A DNA stretch of 20,000 nt from contig JBODTK010000139.1 of the NCBI GenBank assembly GCA_050613775.1, positions 432,902 to 452,901 on the forward strand, in the 5' to 3' direction. Positions 1 through 10,986 of this stretch are shown piece after piece. Origin of the DNA: Neocallimastix sp. 'constans'. Taxonomy: Eukaryota. The stretch's first letter is position 1. Each line of letters starts with the position of its first letter. The notes beneath the pieces are model-generated. The model saw only the letters and a program-made list of their open reading frames with translations. It did not search any database and was not told where the DNA came from. Both the position numbers and the translations under genes were made by a program.

Positions 1-194
1 TTATTTATTTTAAGGTTATATTAATGTATATCTTAAAATAAATAGATTTTTTTTTTTTATAGCCGCAATTATTGCGAACTTTAATCTTTATTTATTTATT
101 CTTGTATTAAAATAAATAGAAATTTATTAATTAATTTATTAACATTAATGTGTGTAAATAAATCTTATTCATTTTTCTCTAATATAATTAACAG

Positions 195-235
<41 letters not shown>

Positions 236-498
236 ATAAATTATCTATCTTTTGATTCATACACATAATAATATTCATTAAAAATGTTGAATAAAAAAAA
301 AAAAAAAAAAAAAAAACTGTTAAATTTTATGGATAAGAATTTTTAAAGATAAAATTAGATACCACTATCATGCTATCATGAGTACCTTGGATTCTTGATT
401 GCATTGAGTTTTTAAGTGTTTTATCGAGATATTCCACCCAATGCGAATCAATATTATCGTCATCTGCAATAGCATTATTAATTAATGATATATATATA

Positions 499-533
<35 letters not shown>

Positions 534-1069
534 GCAAATAATGAAATCATCATTGTTAAATATATTATTACATATTTTTTTTTTTTCCTTTTGCTTTATA
601 TACGTAATGAAAATCAGTTTATACTTAAATATAAAAATATAATAGTGTGCAGCAAATTTCGAATGTGGATAGTTATATTTCTTTATTTTTACTTTTAAAC
701 AAAATAAAAAAAAAAGTGGAAACATTCAAATATCTAGTGCATGGATGAATAAATAAATAATTGATCCTAGTCCCCTCCCCCCCCTTTTTTTTACCACATA
801 ACATTGGACAACCATTGAGATAAATTTCTGTAACTTTACCATTTTCTAAGGGAAATAGTGGTATTGCTGTACTTACTATGCCTATCTTTTTTAAAAAAAA
901 AAAAAAAAGAAAAAAAAAAAAAAATCTAATTAAATCCTAGACTATGTTTACAGTATATTTACAGGTAAGATGAAAATAAAGTTCTTCTAGGAATGAATTT
1001 TGATTTATCATTGTCAGTACCTTTAATACCTTATTTTATAGCTATATCCGACTTTTCATAAACAATTTG

Positions 1070-1116
<47 letters not shown>

Positions 1117-1420
1117 AATATATTTTAATACAGTTTACAAATGATTTTAATTGTTCTTTAAATAAAAGTATTGCGAGTTTAAATAAAATAAAATAAAATA
1201 AAAAGATCTTTTACTGTTGATTAAACAAATTTTAAATTATAATTTTTTTTTTTTTTTTTTTTTTTTAATACTATATTTATTATTTTTATTTTTATTTATA
1301 TTATTTATTGATAATAATATTTATCATTTATATCATTTATATTTAATGTAATTATTATTTTTTCTTTTTTTCTTTCTTTTAAAAGAAGTTTCATAATAGA
1401 TTTATAATTAAAAATTAAAA

Positions 1421-1459
<39 letters not shown>

Positions 1460-1897
1460 ATTAATAAATAAATAAAATAATAATAATAATAATAATAATA
1501 ATATAAAAAAAAAGTAAAAAATAAAAATAATTGATTTTAATCATTCATAAATACAACTAATTATATATTGATACTTATTAATATAAAATAATATATTTCT
1601 TTAAAAATATTCCTATTCATTTATTAATAAAATATCATTAATCTTTATATAAAATTTCTTTTTTAAATGTACTATATTTTCTTTTCTTTTCTTTTGATAT
1701 GGTGTTATATTCTCTTTCCTAAAATTTGGTCATTTTATTTTCATTTATTTTATTTAGTATGATTCATTTAGTATGTTTTTATGCTCATAAACATATAAAT
1801 GCAGTATGTATGAAAGTAGATAACCTTGATACATATTTCTGAATTATACTTGAAGAGTTCAAAAAAAAAAAAAAAAAAAAAAAACTTTTTATCAAAT

Positions 1898-2993
1898 TTA
1901 ATTACATTTACCAAATTCACTTTGACATCCAGAACCACAATGATCAGATGATTTACCACACCATCCATGTTTACTACAGCATTCACCAGATGGACATTTA
2001 GCATTACCATACTTTACACCACATCTACCTTTTTTTTGTTCTGAAGTAGAATTAGAATTACATTTGCCAAATTCACTTTGACATCCAGAACCACAATGGT
2101 CAGATGATTTACCACACCATCCATGTTTACTACAGCATTCACCAGATGGACATTTAGCATTACCATACTTTACACCACATCTACCTTTAGGAACGGTAGG
2201 TTCTACCTTTTTAGTAGTATCAGTAGTAGTAGTAGTAGTTTTAATAGTAGTTTTAGTAGTAGTTTTTATTTTAGTAATTGTAGTAGTAGTATTTGAACGA
2301 TTTTTCATTTTTTCATTTAACTTTTTTAATTTTTCATCATACTCTTCATCAATAATTTTATTATTCTTAAAATCTCTATAATAAATATATATATACGATA
2401 TATATATATATATTTTAATAATAAAATATAATAATATAATTATCATTTTTTCATGTTTAATATATATATGAAAAATATAAAAAAATTTAATAATAATAAA
2501 AATAAAAACAAACAATATTTCTTAAGTTTAATAATAATAATAATAATAATTAAATTTCAGAAATATATCTTACATTTTCTCTAAATTTGGAATATTAACA
2601 ATATTATCCATTAATTTTGGGGTAATATTCATAAAAGATATAGCTCTATTAATTTTTTTTTAATTTATATATTTTTTATTTTAAAATAAATAATAATAAT
2701 AATAAAAAAAAAAAAAAAAAATTAATATTATTAATTTAAATGATTAAAATTTTATAAAATTAAAATATAGCATTCAACAATATTTAATATAATAATATTT
2801 ATAATTAATTTAAATGAATTTCTTACAATGATCTTAAATTTTTTAATTTTGATAAATCGGCATTAATATTACTGTATACATATTCATCACCGAATCCAGC
2901 ATAATTACCACGGAAAGTGAATTCCCTAATATAACCAATTTTTAATATTTAAAAAGATTAGATATATTTCATTTTTTTAAAAATAAATGCTTA

Positions 2994-3060
<67 letters not shown>

Positions 3061-3628
3061 TACAAATCAGTTAGCTTATCAAGATCTTCAACAAAACTTG
3101 AATCAAAATCATTTTCAGAATCATAGTACCATGAAAGTTTTCTTTTAAATTATCATTTTTTTTTTTTTATATAAAAAATCATTTTATTATATATATATAG
3201 TTGTTTGTTAAATAATGTTCCTTTAGTAATATTAAATATAAATCAGTTTATTTATTAAAATAATAATTTTGCAATTTTTCAAGATTGGGTAATTCATTCT
3301 TTGTAATTTTAACAGCATCTATCATCATAGTTCTAAATAAATAAATTTAATATATAATAACAAAACAAAGAATATTTTTTAATTATTGACAGATCAATTA
3401 AAAAAAAAAAAAAAAATAATAATAATAATAATGATAATACAATTCTTTAATATTTTTATTAGCTATGATTAATCCCTTAGGAATATCATTTGAAAAAATA
3501 TTATCTTTACTGACATATTCTAAAGGAACGTTTTCGATACCTCTATTAATATAAATATATAAAATAATGAAGAAAAAGAATTGGAATCATTACTATGGTA
3601 TGTAATTTATTTATATAAATTAAAAAAT

Positions 3629-3673
<45 letters not shown>

Positions 3674-4644
3674 TGATATATTTAAAATATATAAATATTT
3701 ACAATTTGTTTAGCTTTTTAAGATTATCCAAGGAACTATAATTTATGGAATTATCTAAATGGCAATACAAAAATGTCTTAATAGTACAATCAAATTATAA
3801 AAAATATATTATATATTAATATATTAATAAATTAATTAAAATAAATTAATGATTAGAAAGGATTAAAAGTAAGAAATTGTTATAAAAGAAAAAAAAAATT
3901 TACAAATCTTCCAAATTAGCTAGAGTAGCAATTTCATTAATGTTATCTTGAGAAATCACAATTCCACGTAAATATCTAAAATTAATTTAAATAAAGATAA
4001 ATAAAGATAAAAGAAATAAAATAAATATATTTTAAAGAAAAAAAAAAAAAAAAATTAATTTATTGAACATAAAAATAGTTGAATTAAAATAAGGAAGACT
4101 GTTATATGTTAGTAAATTTATTACAGAGATTTTAAATTTCTTAAATTCTTTAAAACATTATTTCCCATTGTAGTTACACCTTCAATATGACAATCCGATG
4201 AACATGGATGAAGATAACTTTGAAATTCTATTTTCCTATAAAAAATAAAATAATAATAATAATAATAACAAAGCACAGCAATAATAATCAAATAATAAGT
4301 GATATAATATTAGTATTATAAACATCAGTATTATTTAATAATATTAATTAATAATAATTAAATAATAGCTAATAGTTAATTAATAACAATTACTATTACA
4401 CCAATTATATATTTTATATAATTTAAAATAATAATTAAATTTAAAGTATTGTTACTTACAAATTTTCTATATTTTTTAAATTATTAATAGCTTTTGGAAT
4501 TTCTATGTAACCCGGATGTTCAGGAATCTCATATACACCGTCATCCATTAAAATTGTGTATGAACTTATTGAAAACATATATAATATTTAATTTTAATAT
4601 TATTGTTATTTTTATGATATTACGATAAAAAGTATTATAAATTT

Positions 4645-4684
<40 letters not shown>

Positions 4685-5114
4685 CAATAAAAAAAAAGTT
4701 ATAATTAATTCTTTTGGTACTATATTTAAGAAAAAAAAAACATACAGTTCAATAAGATCATTATATGATAATAATTTATTAACTTCAGTTTCATTTAAAG
4801 GTTCATTATACATATTTGAAATGTCTCTATAAAAAAAAATATGAAAGAAAAAATAAAAATAAAAATTTACTATATTCAGCATATTCATTTTAAAAAAAAA
4901 AACTATATATATTATTTTATATATTATTTTGATATAAAAATAAAATTTTCATTATAGCTCTGTTAAATATTTACAATTGGATAATTATTCCTTCCTTGTT
5001 GGCAGTACATTTCTTTACATTTTTTAAGAACGATTTATCAATGTCTTCGTAACCAGATGATAAAACTAAAGGGGTCACAATTAAAAATAAATTGAATAAA
5101 TAATGTAATTTCAT
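1898..5114 (-). CDS. Secreted leucine-rich-repeat protein with Thr-rich linker and two C-terminal CBM18 (hevein-type chitin-binding) modules; 12 exons, ~490 aa if one 1-nt lesion is corrected
   Basis: Manual spliced model, exons on the minus strand: 5114-4975, 4826-4746, 4564-4460, 4235-4125, 3975-3904, 3776-3703, 3542-3441, 3332-3273, 3141-3064, 2925-2827, 2645-2574, 2375-1898. Starts MKLHYLFNLFLIVTPLVLS (signal-peptide-like). LRR exons include YLRGIVISQDNINEIATLANLEDL, IPKAINNLKNIENL, VLKNLRNLKSL, ADLSKLKNLRSL and AISFMNITPKLMDNIVNIPNLEKI. Ten GT-AG introns and one GC-AG intron. Last exon matches the C-terminal part of ORF 1898..2515. Exon 6 is 74 nt and out of phase (see findings). Confidence 0.88.
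1901..2032 (-). repeat. CBM18/chitin-binding type-1 module, copy 2 (protein-identical tandem duplicate, 156-bp offset)
   Basis: 132-bp direct repeat of 2057-2188 with two synonymous differences (1910 vs 2066, GGT/GGC; 1943 vs 2099, GAT/GAC). Confidence 0.93.
2057..2188 (-). repeat. CBM18/chitin-binding type-1 module, copy 1
   Basis: KGRCGVKYGNAKCPSGECCSKHGWCGKSSDHCGSGCQSEFGKCN: 8 Cys with the hevein signature C-x4-CCS-x2-GWCG-x4-HC-x3-CQ-x4-C. Confidence 0.93.
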
Positions 5115-6406
5115 TATTAATATTTTTCTATGTTTACTTATATAATATTATTTAATAATAAATTAAAGCAATAAAAAGAATGAAACGTTAAGTTTCTTAA
5201 ATAAAAGATAAATTTTGAATAAAATAAAAATAAAAGTTAAAAAAAAAAAAAAAAAAAAAAAAGGAAGAGGCAAGGTAAAAGTATTTATATAATTTATTTT
5301 AATTTATCATAAATTTCTAAAATATATATATAATTATAATTTATATATATAGTTTTTGCTGCAAAAGACTTTTCTTTAATATAATAAATCATATAATTAA
5401 AATATACTTAGGGTTAAGTAGTTATTAATTTTATGGTGCAATATAACATTAGGTTAAAATTATTATTAAAATATATATATAAATATATATGTTCAATTTG
5501 AAAAAAAAAAAAAAAAAAAAAAAAAATAATTTTTTAAACTATAAATGTATTTAAATAATATAATTATATATGTATGCACATTAAAATTATATTTATTTTT
5601 TTAATTTAATATATACTATAGTATAATTTATAATATAATAAATATTCTAATATATTTAAATATCTAGTTTAAAGAAATTCGTTAATTTCGGATATGAAAT
5701 TCTTTACAGAATACAAAGTAAGGAAAAAAAAAAAAAAAAGTAAAAAATAATTAAAAAATATTTTTGATAAGCATCAATAAAAAATATAAATGATTCATTT
5801 TTAAAAGGAATTTCTATAACTAGAATGAGATTTGAAATAAACTATATAGATTTTTTTTTTTAAAATAAAAATATTTTATTTATTATATTCTATTTTATTT
5901 ATTAAAAATAAAAAAAATAAAATGTCATATTATGAAGTTCTTAATATTTAATAAAATTTATTAATATTTATTATTAACACTAATTTTTTATCACACTTTA
6001 AAATAGTTTTATCATCATTATTATTATTTTAGTATATATATACTATATAATAATCATTTAAATATATTTCAATATTATATATATTTCAATATAATAAATT
6101 TATATATATTACTATATAATAAAAAAATCAATTTTTAAATATTTCAATATTTTTAATATATTATATAGTATATATTAATTTGGTGCTAAGTATTTTTATA
6201 ATAGACGTAATCCTATTATATTAGTATAAGTGTATATATATGTATATATAACGAATAACATAGAATAATTAATAAATATATATAAATATTATAAATAAAT
6301 AAATATATATATAATATGAATAGGAGCCATAAATAATATAATTGTTATATAATTTAATATGATATTGGTTGTAAATTGTTTGTTAATAATATTTGAATTT
6401 TAAATT

Positions 6407-6485
6407 ACTATATTATTATAAACACTATATTATTTTAATCACTATATTATTATAAACACTATAATATTTTAATTGTTATATTATT
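6407..6485. repeat. 17-bp tandem minisatellite (CACTATATTATT(A/T)TAA(A/T)), 4-5 degenerate copies
   Basis: Alternating cactatattattataaa / cactatattattttaat units. Confidence 0.7.
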
Positions 6486-7780
6486 TCATTAATTCATAAA
6501 TTATAAAAAGAGTTTAAGAAAATTTTAAAAAAGATAAAATAGATATAGTATTTTGATAATATTTTGAACATTTTTAACGTACATTTTTTTTTTTTTTATA
6601 AAATGTTATTAAATTTAATTTTTGTAGATAATAATACAAAGCAATAAGATAATGATCAAGTAATCTTTATACATATAAAGATTGTATCCTATAGATTATT
6701 TTGAAATGAAAAAATCTCATATTTAGTAGTAAAGAATTATTAATGTATCTTCCACCATATTAAAATTTTATATTTAATGATGATATTTATGTCTAAATAA
6801 TCCGAAAAATCAGATTTTGAAAATCTTGATGATCACCCTTCTTAAAATGATAATTTAATTAGTAGTTTACTAAATAGTAAACAAAAAAGGTTAAATATAA
6901 AAATATAATGGAACTATCAATAAAATTTTGGAATGAAAATTAATTATCAAAAGATTACAATAATAATAATTAAAGATTAAATAATAAAAACTAATACACT
7001 ATAATAAAGATAATAAAGATCACTCTAAAATGTGAACAAAGAATATATATATTTTAATTTAAATATTTCATAAAAACTATTAGAACTCCAAAATAAAAAA
7101 AAAAAGACTGTTTTACTTAAAATGATTAATATTATAATATTATATTTCTTTAAAACGTTTATCACTCATTATTAAAAAATTTTTTTTTCTCTTTTTTCTC
7201 TTTTTTTTTTTTTTTTAAATTAAAAATCACAAACTAGAATTTTTTATTTATTTATTCATTTTTTATTATTAAATTAAGTTTTAATTAAAATATTATTTCT
7301 TTCTTCATTACATCTACAAAAAATGAATAATTACAAATACATTACAACTTTATTTTATATTATTTTTTATTATCATTTTTTATTTTTTAATTACGTTACA
7401 CTTCATTTATTTGAATTACAAACTAAATCGTATATTTATTTAATTTTATTATTAAATTAAGTTTTAATTAAATTTTATATTCTTTTATTTTTATTTTATT
7501 TTATTTTATTTTATTTTATTTTATTTCATATATTCTTTTTTTTCAATTCAAATATAAATTCATCATTTTTATTTATTAAATTTTTGTTATGCTATAGGTT
7601 CAATTATATCATCTATAATTTATTTCTTTTTTCCATTTCCTTTTCCTTTTCTTTTTCTTTTTCTTTTTAATATATATTCTGTGTTATTTTAACATATTAA
7701 AATATTAATCTATATTTATTATCATTATATATAATGTCAACTTTCAATTATTTTATTTTTATTAAATAAATAGCAATTAT

Positions 7781-7860
7781 TTATTTATTATTTATTATTT
7801 ATTATTTATTATTTATTATTTATTATTTATTATTTATTATTTATTATTTATTATTTATTA
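7781..7860. repeat. (TTATTTA)n heptamer array, short
   Basis: About 11 copies of the same unit as the 13-kb array. Confidence 0.85.
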
Positions 7861-7961
7861 CTTTTCCAAATTTTGATAATTGTAAAATGTGGAAAAGTTC
7901 AAAAATTAATTTATTATTTATATAAATTTAGAAATAAAATAATTAATTAAATTTAAATTAC

Positions 7962-7963
<2 letters not shown>

Positions 7964-8030
<67 letters not shown>
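7964..8030. repeat. (AAT)n microsatellite
   Basis: Directly visible; similar tracts at ~2995-3057 and ~3632-3670 lie inside introns of the LRR gene. Confidence 0.9.
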
Positions 8031-8779
8031 TATAATAATAAATTATTTAAATAAATAAATAAATCAATAAATAAAAAAGTATTTAATTGTTTAATAAATT
8101 TTAAAAGTAATAATGATAATTAAATTATAAATGCCAATATTATATAAGAAAATGTTAGTAATCATATTATAATTTATGTTTATTATTAGTATGTTAATTT
8201 AAAGAAAAGATTAAAAATAATCTTGAAATAGAATATTAATATTATATAGTTGAAATCCTTTGATTTGATATTTTCAAGAAAATATTTTTTATTGATTTAT
8301 CTAATAAAGAAAATTATTCTTTCTATTAGTTTAATGTATTAAAAAAAAAAAAAAAAAAACTTAATTTCTTTTTCCTATTTCACATTATTATTTATCTTTT
8401 GATTATATATATTTTAATAACTAATTCATTTTAATTTAACTTCTTCAATAATATATATATTAGATATATTAATGGATATTAAAAATTTGGATTTTATAGA
8501 ATAATAGTTTTACTTTTAAAAATTAATTGTTATTAAGATTCAATATAAAATATAAAATATAAAAAAAAAAAAAAAAAAAAATGATATATATATACATAAA
8601 ATAACATCTATTGGAAATTAATAGAAATTATTTGTTATACATGTATATATATATAACAAATAATTTCTATTAATTATATAAATTAACAGCTATATGAAAT
8701 TTTTAAATTTATTAAGATTAAAATAAGAAACTAAATAAGAATAAATTTTAATGAATGAAAAATATTTTTTTTTATTTAT

Positions 8780-10075
8780 TTATTTCTCTACTTTATTGAT
8801 ATTTGCTCTAAATTCAATTAAATATTTCTATCATAATTTTATTTCCATATTCATATGCATAAGGCAGTGGTGTTTTGTCAACTTTGTCCTTTTTAATTAT
8901 ATTTATTGTTTTATTTATTTATTTATTTATTTTTATATTAGCTTTAATTTCAGTTAAATATGCTACTATTAAATATTTTACTATAGTTTCATTTCCAATA
9001 CCGCATGTACCAAATAATGGTATTTAACTTCTTTCGCTTTAGTTATTCATAATAATATTATGCTTTATTAAATATTTTGATATATATATTTTTATTTTCA
9101 ACTATGAAAATATATAAAATAATGAGGTTTTACTATTTCACTTGTTTCTTTTTATTTATATTTTTATAAATTTCAATTAAATATTTCAATTAAAATATTT
9201 CACTAATATTTATATTCTATTAAAATTTACATGAAATAATACCAATTTCATAACGGTCTTCTTTTTTATTACCTAAGGAAAGATCAATTAAATATTTTAC
9301 TATATTTTTATTTTCATTATTACATTTATCAAATAATGGTAATTTATCTCTTTTGTTTTATTTATTTATAACAGTACCATGTATAATTAAATATTTTACG
9401 ATATTTTCATTTTCATTATAATATGATTAAGATATTAATGAAAAATTATCCTATTATCATTATTTATATCTATGCTCCTTACTACTGTCATTTAAATATT
9501 TTAATATGATATCATTTTCATTAAGGCAAGCTTAAATAATGATGTATTATCATATCTATTTTCATTATATTTATACAAAGATTTTAATTAAAATTTTTGC
9601 TAAATTTTTTCATTTCCAATACGACATACATCAAATAGTGGTGTTCTTTTTTTCACCTTTTCCATTTATTTGCACAACATTCATTAAAATAGTTTACTAT
9701 ATTTTTATTTCCTTGTTTAAATGCATAATTCAAATAATGAACCATATCTGTTTTTCTTGATTCTCTTATACTTAAGTTTTTATTCTTGGAAATTTTATCA
9801 TGACTCTTTATTTTTTTTATCTAAATAAAACAGAGACTCAACTTTTTTTTTTTTTTTTTTATTATTATATCTCTTAAATAGATAATAAAAAGTGGTTTCT
9901 TACTTACCATTATGCTTATTATTATTTTGTATTAATATTGCCTTTTTACTTTCTACTAAATATTTTATTATTTTACAATTTTGATTTTGATATGTAATGT
10001 GAAAAGGAAGATTATTCAATTTTATCTTTAGTATTCATATCTATTCCATTATCAATTAAATTTATTTTCTTATTA
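8780..10075 (-). pseudogene. Decayed ankyrin-repeat protein gene (about 10-11 repeats)
   Basis: Minus-strand fragments: NLIDNGIDMNTKDK; QNQNCKIIKYLVE; YAFKQGNKNIVNY; RTPLFDVCRIGNEKI; NENENIVKYLIIHGTVINK*NKRDKLPLFDKCNNENKNIVKYLID; KYLIKHNIIMNN*SERS*IPLFGTCGIGNETIVKYLI; DKTPLPYAYEYGNKN; KYLIEFRANINKVEK*. They match the ankyrin consensus G-x-TPLF-x-AC-x2-GN-x2-IVKYLIEHGADIN. The KYL motif (taaatattt on +) recurs at 8970/9069 and 9289/9388, exact 99-bp (33-aa) spacing. Many stops and frameshifts; boundaries approximate. Confidence 0.85.
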
Positions 10076-10461
10076 TCAGTAAGAATAAATCAACAAATTC
10101 CAAACATACTATCTTCAAGAAATATTTGAATTCACTAATATCCTTAAATTTAAATATATCAATAATATTGATTAATATTTAATCTTTAAACCTCGCTAAT
10201 AAATAGGGAAAAGCAAAATATTGCGTTTAGTAGATTTAAAATTTCATTACTTCTAAAATCAATATTTTAAACATGAAATAATAAAGTATTAATATAAATC
10301 GAATAAAATAAAATAAAATAAATAGCAAAACGAGTATATAACAACAACTTAGAGTATTATTCAAATTAAAATATAATATAATATAATATAATGTAATAAA
10401 TATTAAGCATAATAAAATATGAGAAGTACTAGTAAATTTAATCAAATCAAATATATAGTAG

Positions 10462-10974
10462 TGATATAGAATGAAACTTTAAATAATAATAAATTAAAAT
10501 AAATATATTAAAGTTATATAGATTATAAGTATAAAATTATTAAATAGTTAAATAGTAAAAAATTTATATTAATAAAATTATAAAAATAACTTGTAAATGT
10601 AATTGTTTAGAAATGTTAAATACTTTAGTAAAAATTATTGTTTATAAAGATTACTTTAATTTAGATAACAAATATAAATAGGAATATAAAATATTTATTT
10701 AACAAAATGTTACTAATTGTCCAGTAAAATTAGATAATAATAAAAAGAATGTTTAAAGGTTACTAATTAGCCTGTAAAATTAGATAAGTTTAGTAGAGGT
10801 TTACTAATTACCTTAAGAATTAGTATTATAAGTTTTTTATAATAAATAATTAATAACATAAAGGTTATAAAATAAATTTATTTCTATTGAATGAATTTAA
10901 TTATTTTCTTATAAATAATTTTATTTAGTATATTAGATAAAGATGGGAAACAAGATATATACCATACTTTATCA
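10462..10974 (+). repeat. 5' LTR (513 bp)
   Basis: Starts TGATATAG, ends CTTTATCA; by eye identical to 11537-12048 except for one extra T in the T-run at 10833-10838. Confidence 0.93.
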
Positions 10975-10976
10975 TT

Positions 10977-10986
10977 TGGTGGAGAA
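10977..10986 (+). promoter_or_regulatory. Primer-binding site, tRNA-Ala-like
   Basis: TGGTGGAGAA begins 2 nt after the LTR's terminal CA; it is complementary to ...TTCTCCACCA-3', a typical tRNA-Ala 3' end with CCA. Isoacceptor not verified against this genome's tRNAs. Confidence 0.75.

Noticed and set aside
1768..2010. 80-aa minus-strand ORF
   Set aside because: Alternative frame of the CBM18 exon running into the 3' poly(T) region.
2376..2515. Hydrophobic N-terminus of the 205-aa ORF as a signal or TM segment
   Set aside because: It is translated intron 11; the exon starts after TATAG at 2375.
4643..4888. 81-aa ORF as a stand-alone gene
   Set aside because: Only 4826-4746 is coding (exon 2 of the LRR gene); the rest is intron.
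6036..6175. 17-bp inverted repeat (ATATATACTATATAATA) as MITE termini
   Set aside because: Almost pure AT in low-complexity DNA and no convincing TSD.
6620..7040. Slightly higher-complexity stretch resembling a coding relic
   Set aside because: Stops in all frames I read and no recognisable motif.
8751..8957. 68-aa plus-strand ORF
   Set aside because: Antisense to the ankyrin relic; low-complexity F/I/Y composition.
8960..9700. ~99-bp periodic motif as a CRISPR-like repeat-spacer array
   Set aside because: Repeats are degenerate and translate as ankyrin consensus; eukaryotic context with no cas genes.
9539..9760. 73-aa plus-strand ORF
   Set aside because: Antisense to ankyrin repeats.
10236..10445. 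69-aa hydrophobic minus-strand ORF, and an LRR-like read NIDFRSNEILNLLNAIF in another frame
   Set aside because: Composition is explained by AT richness; one short motif is not enough to call a gene.
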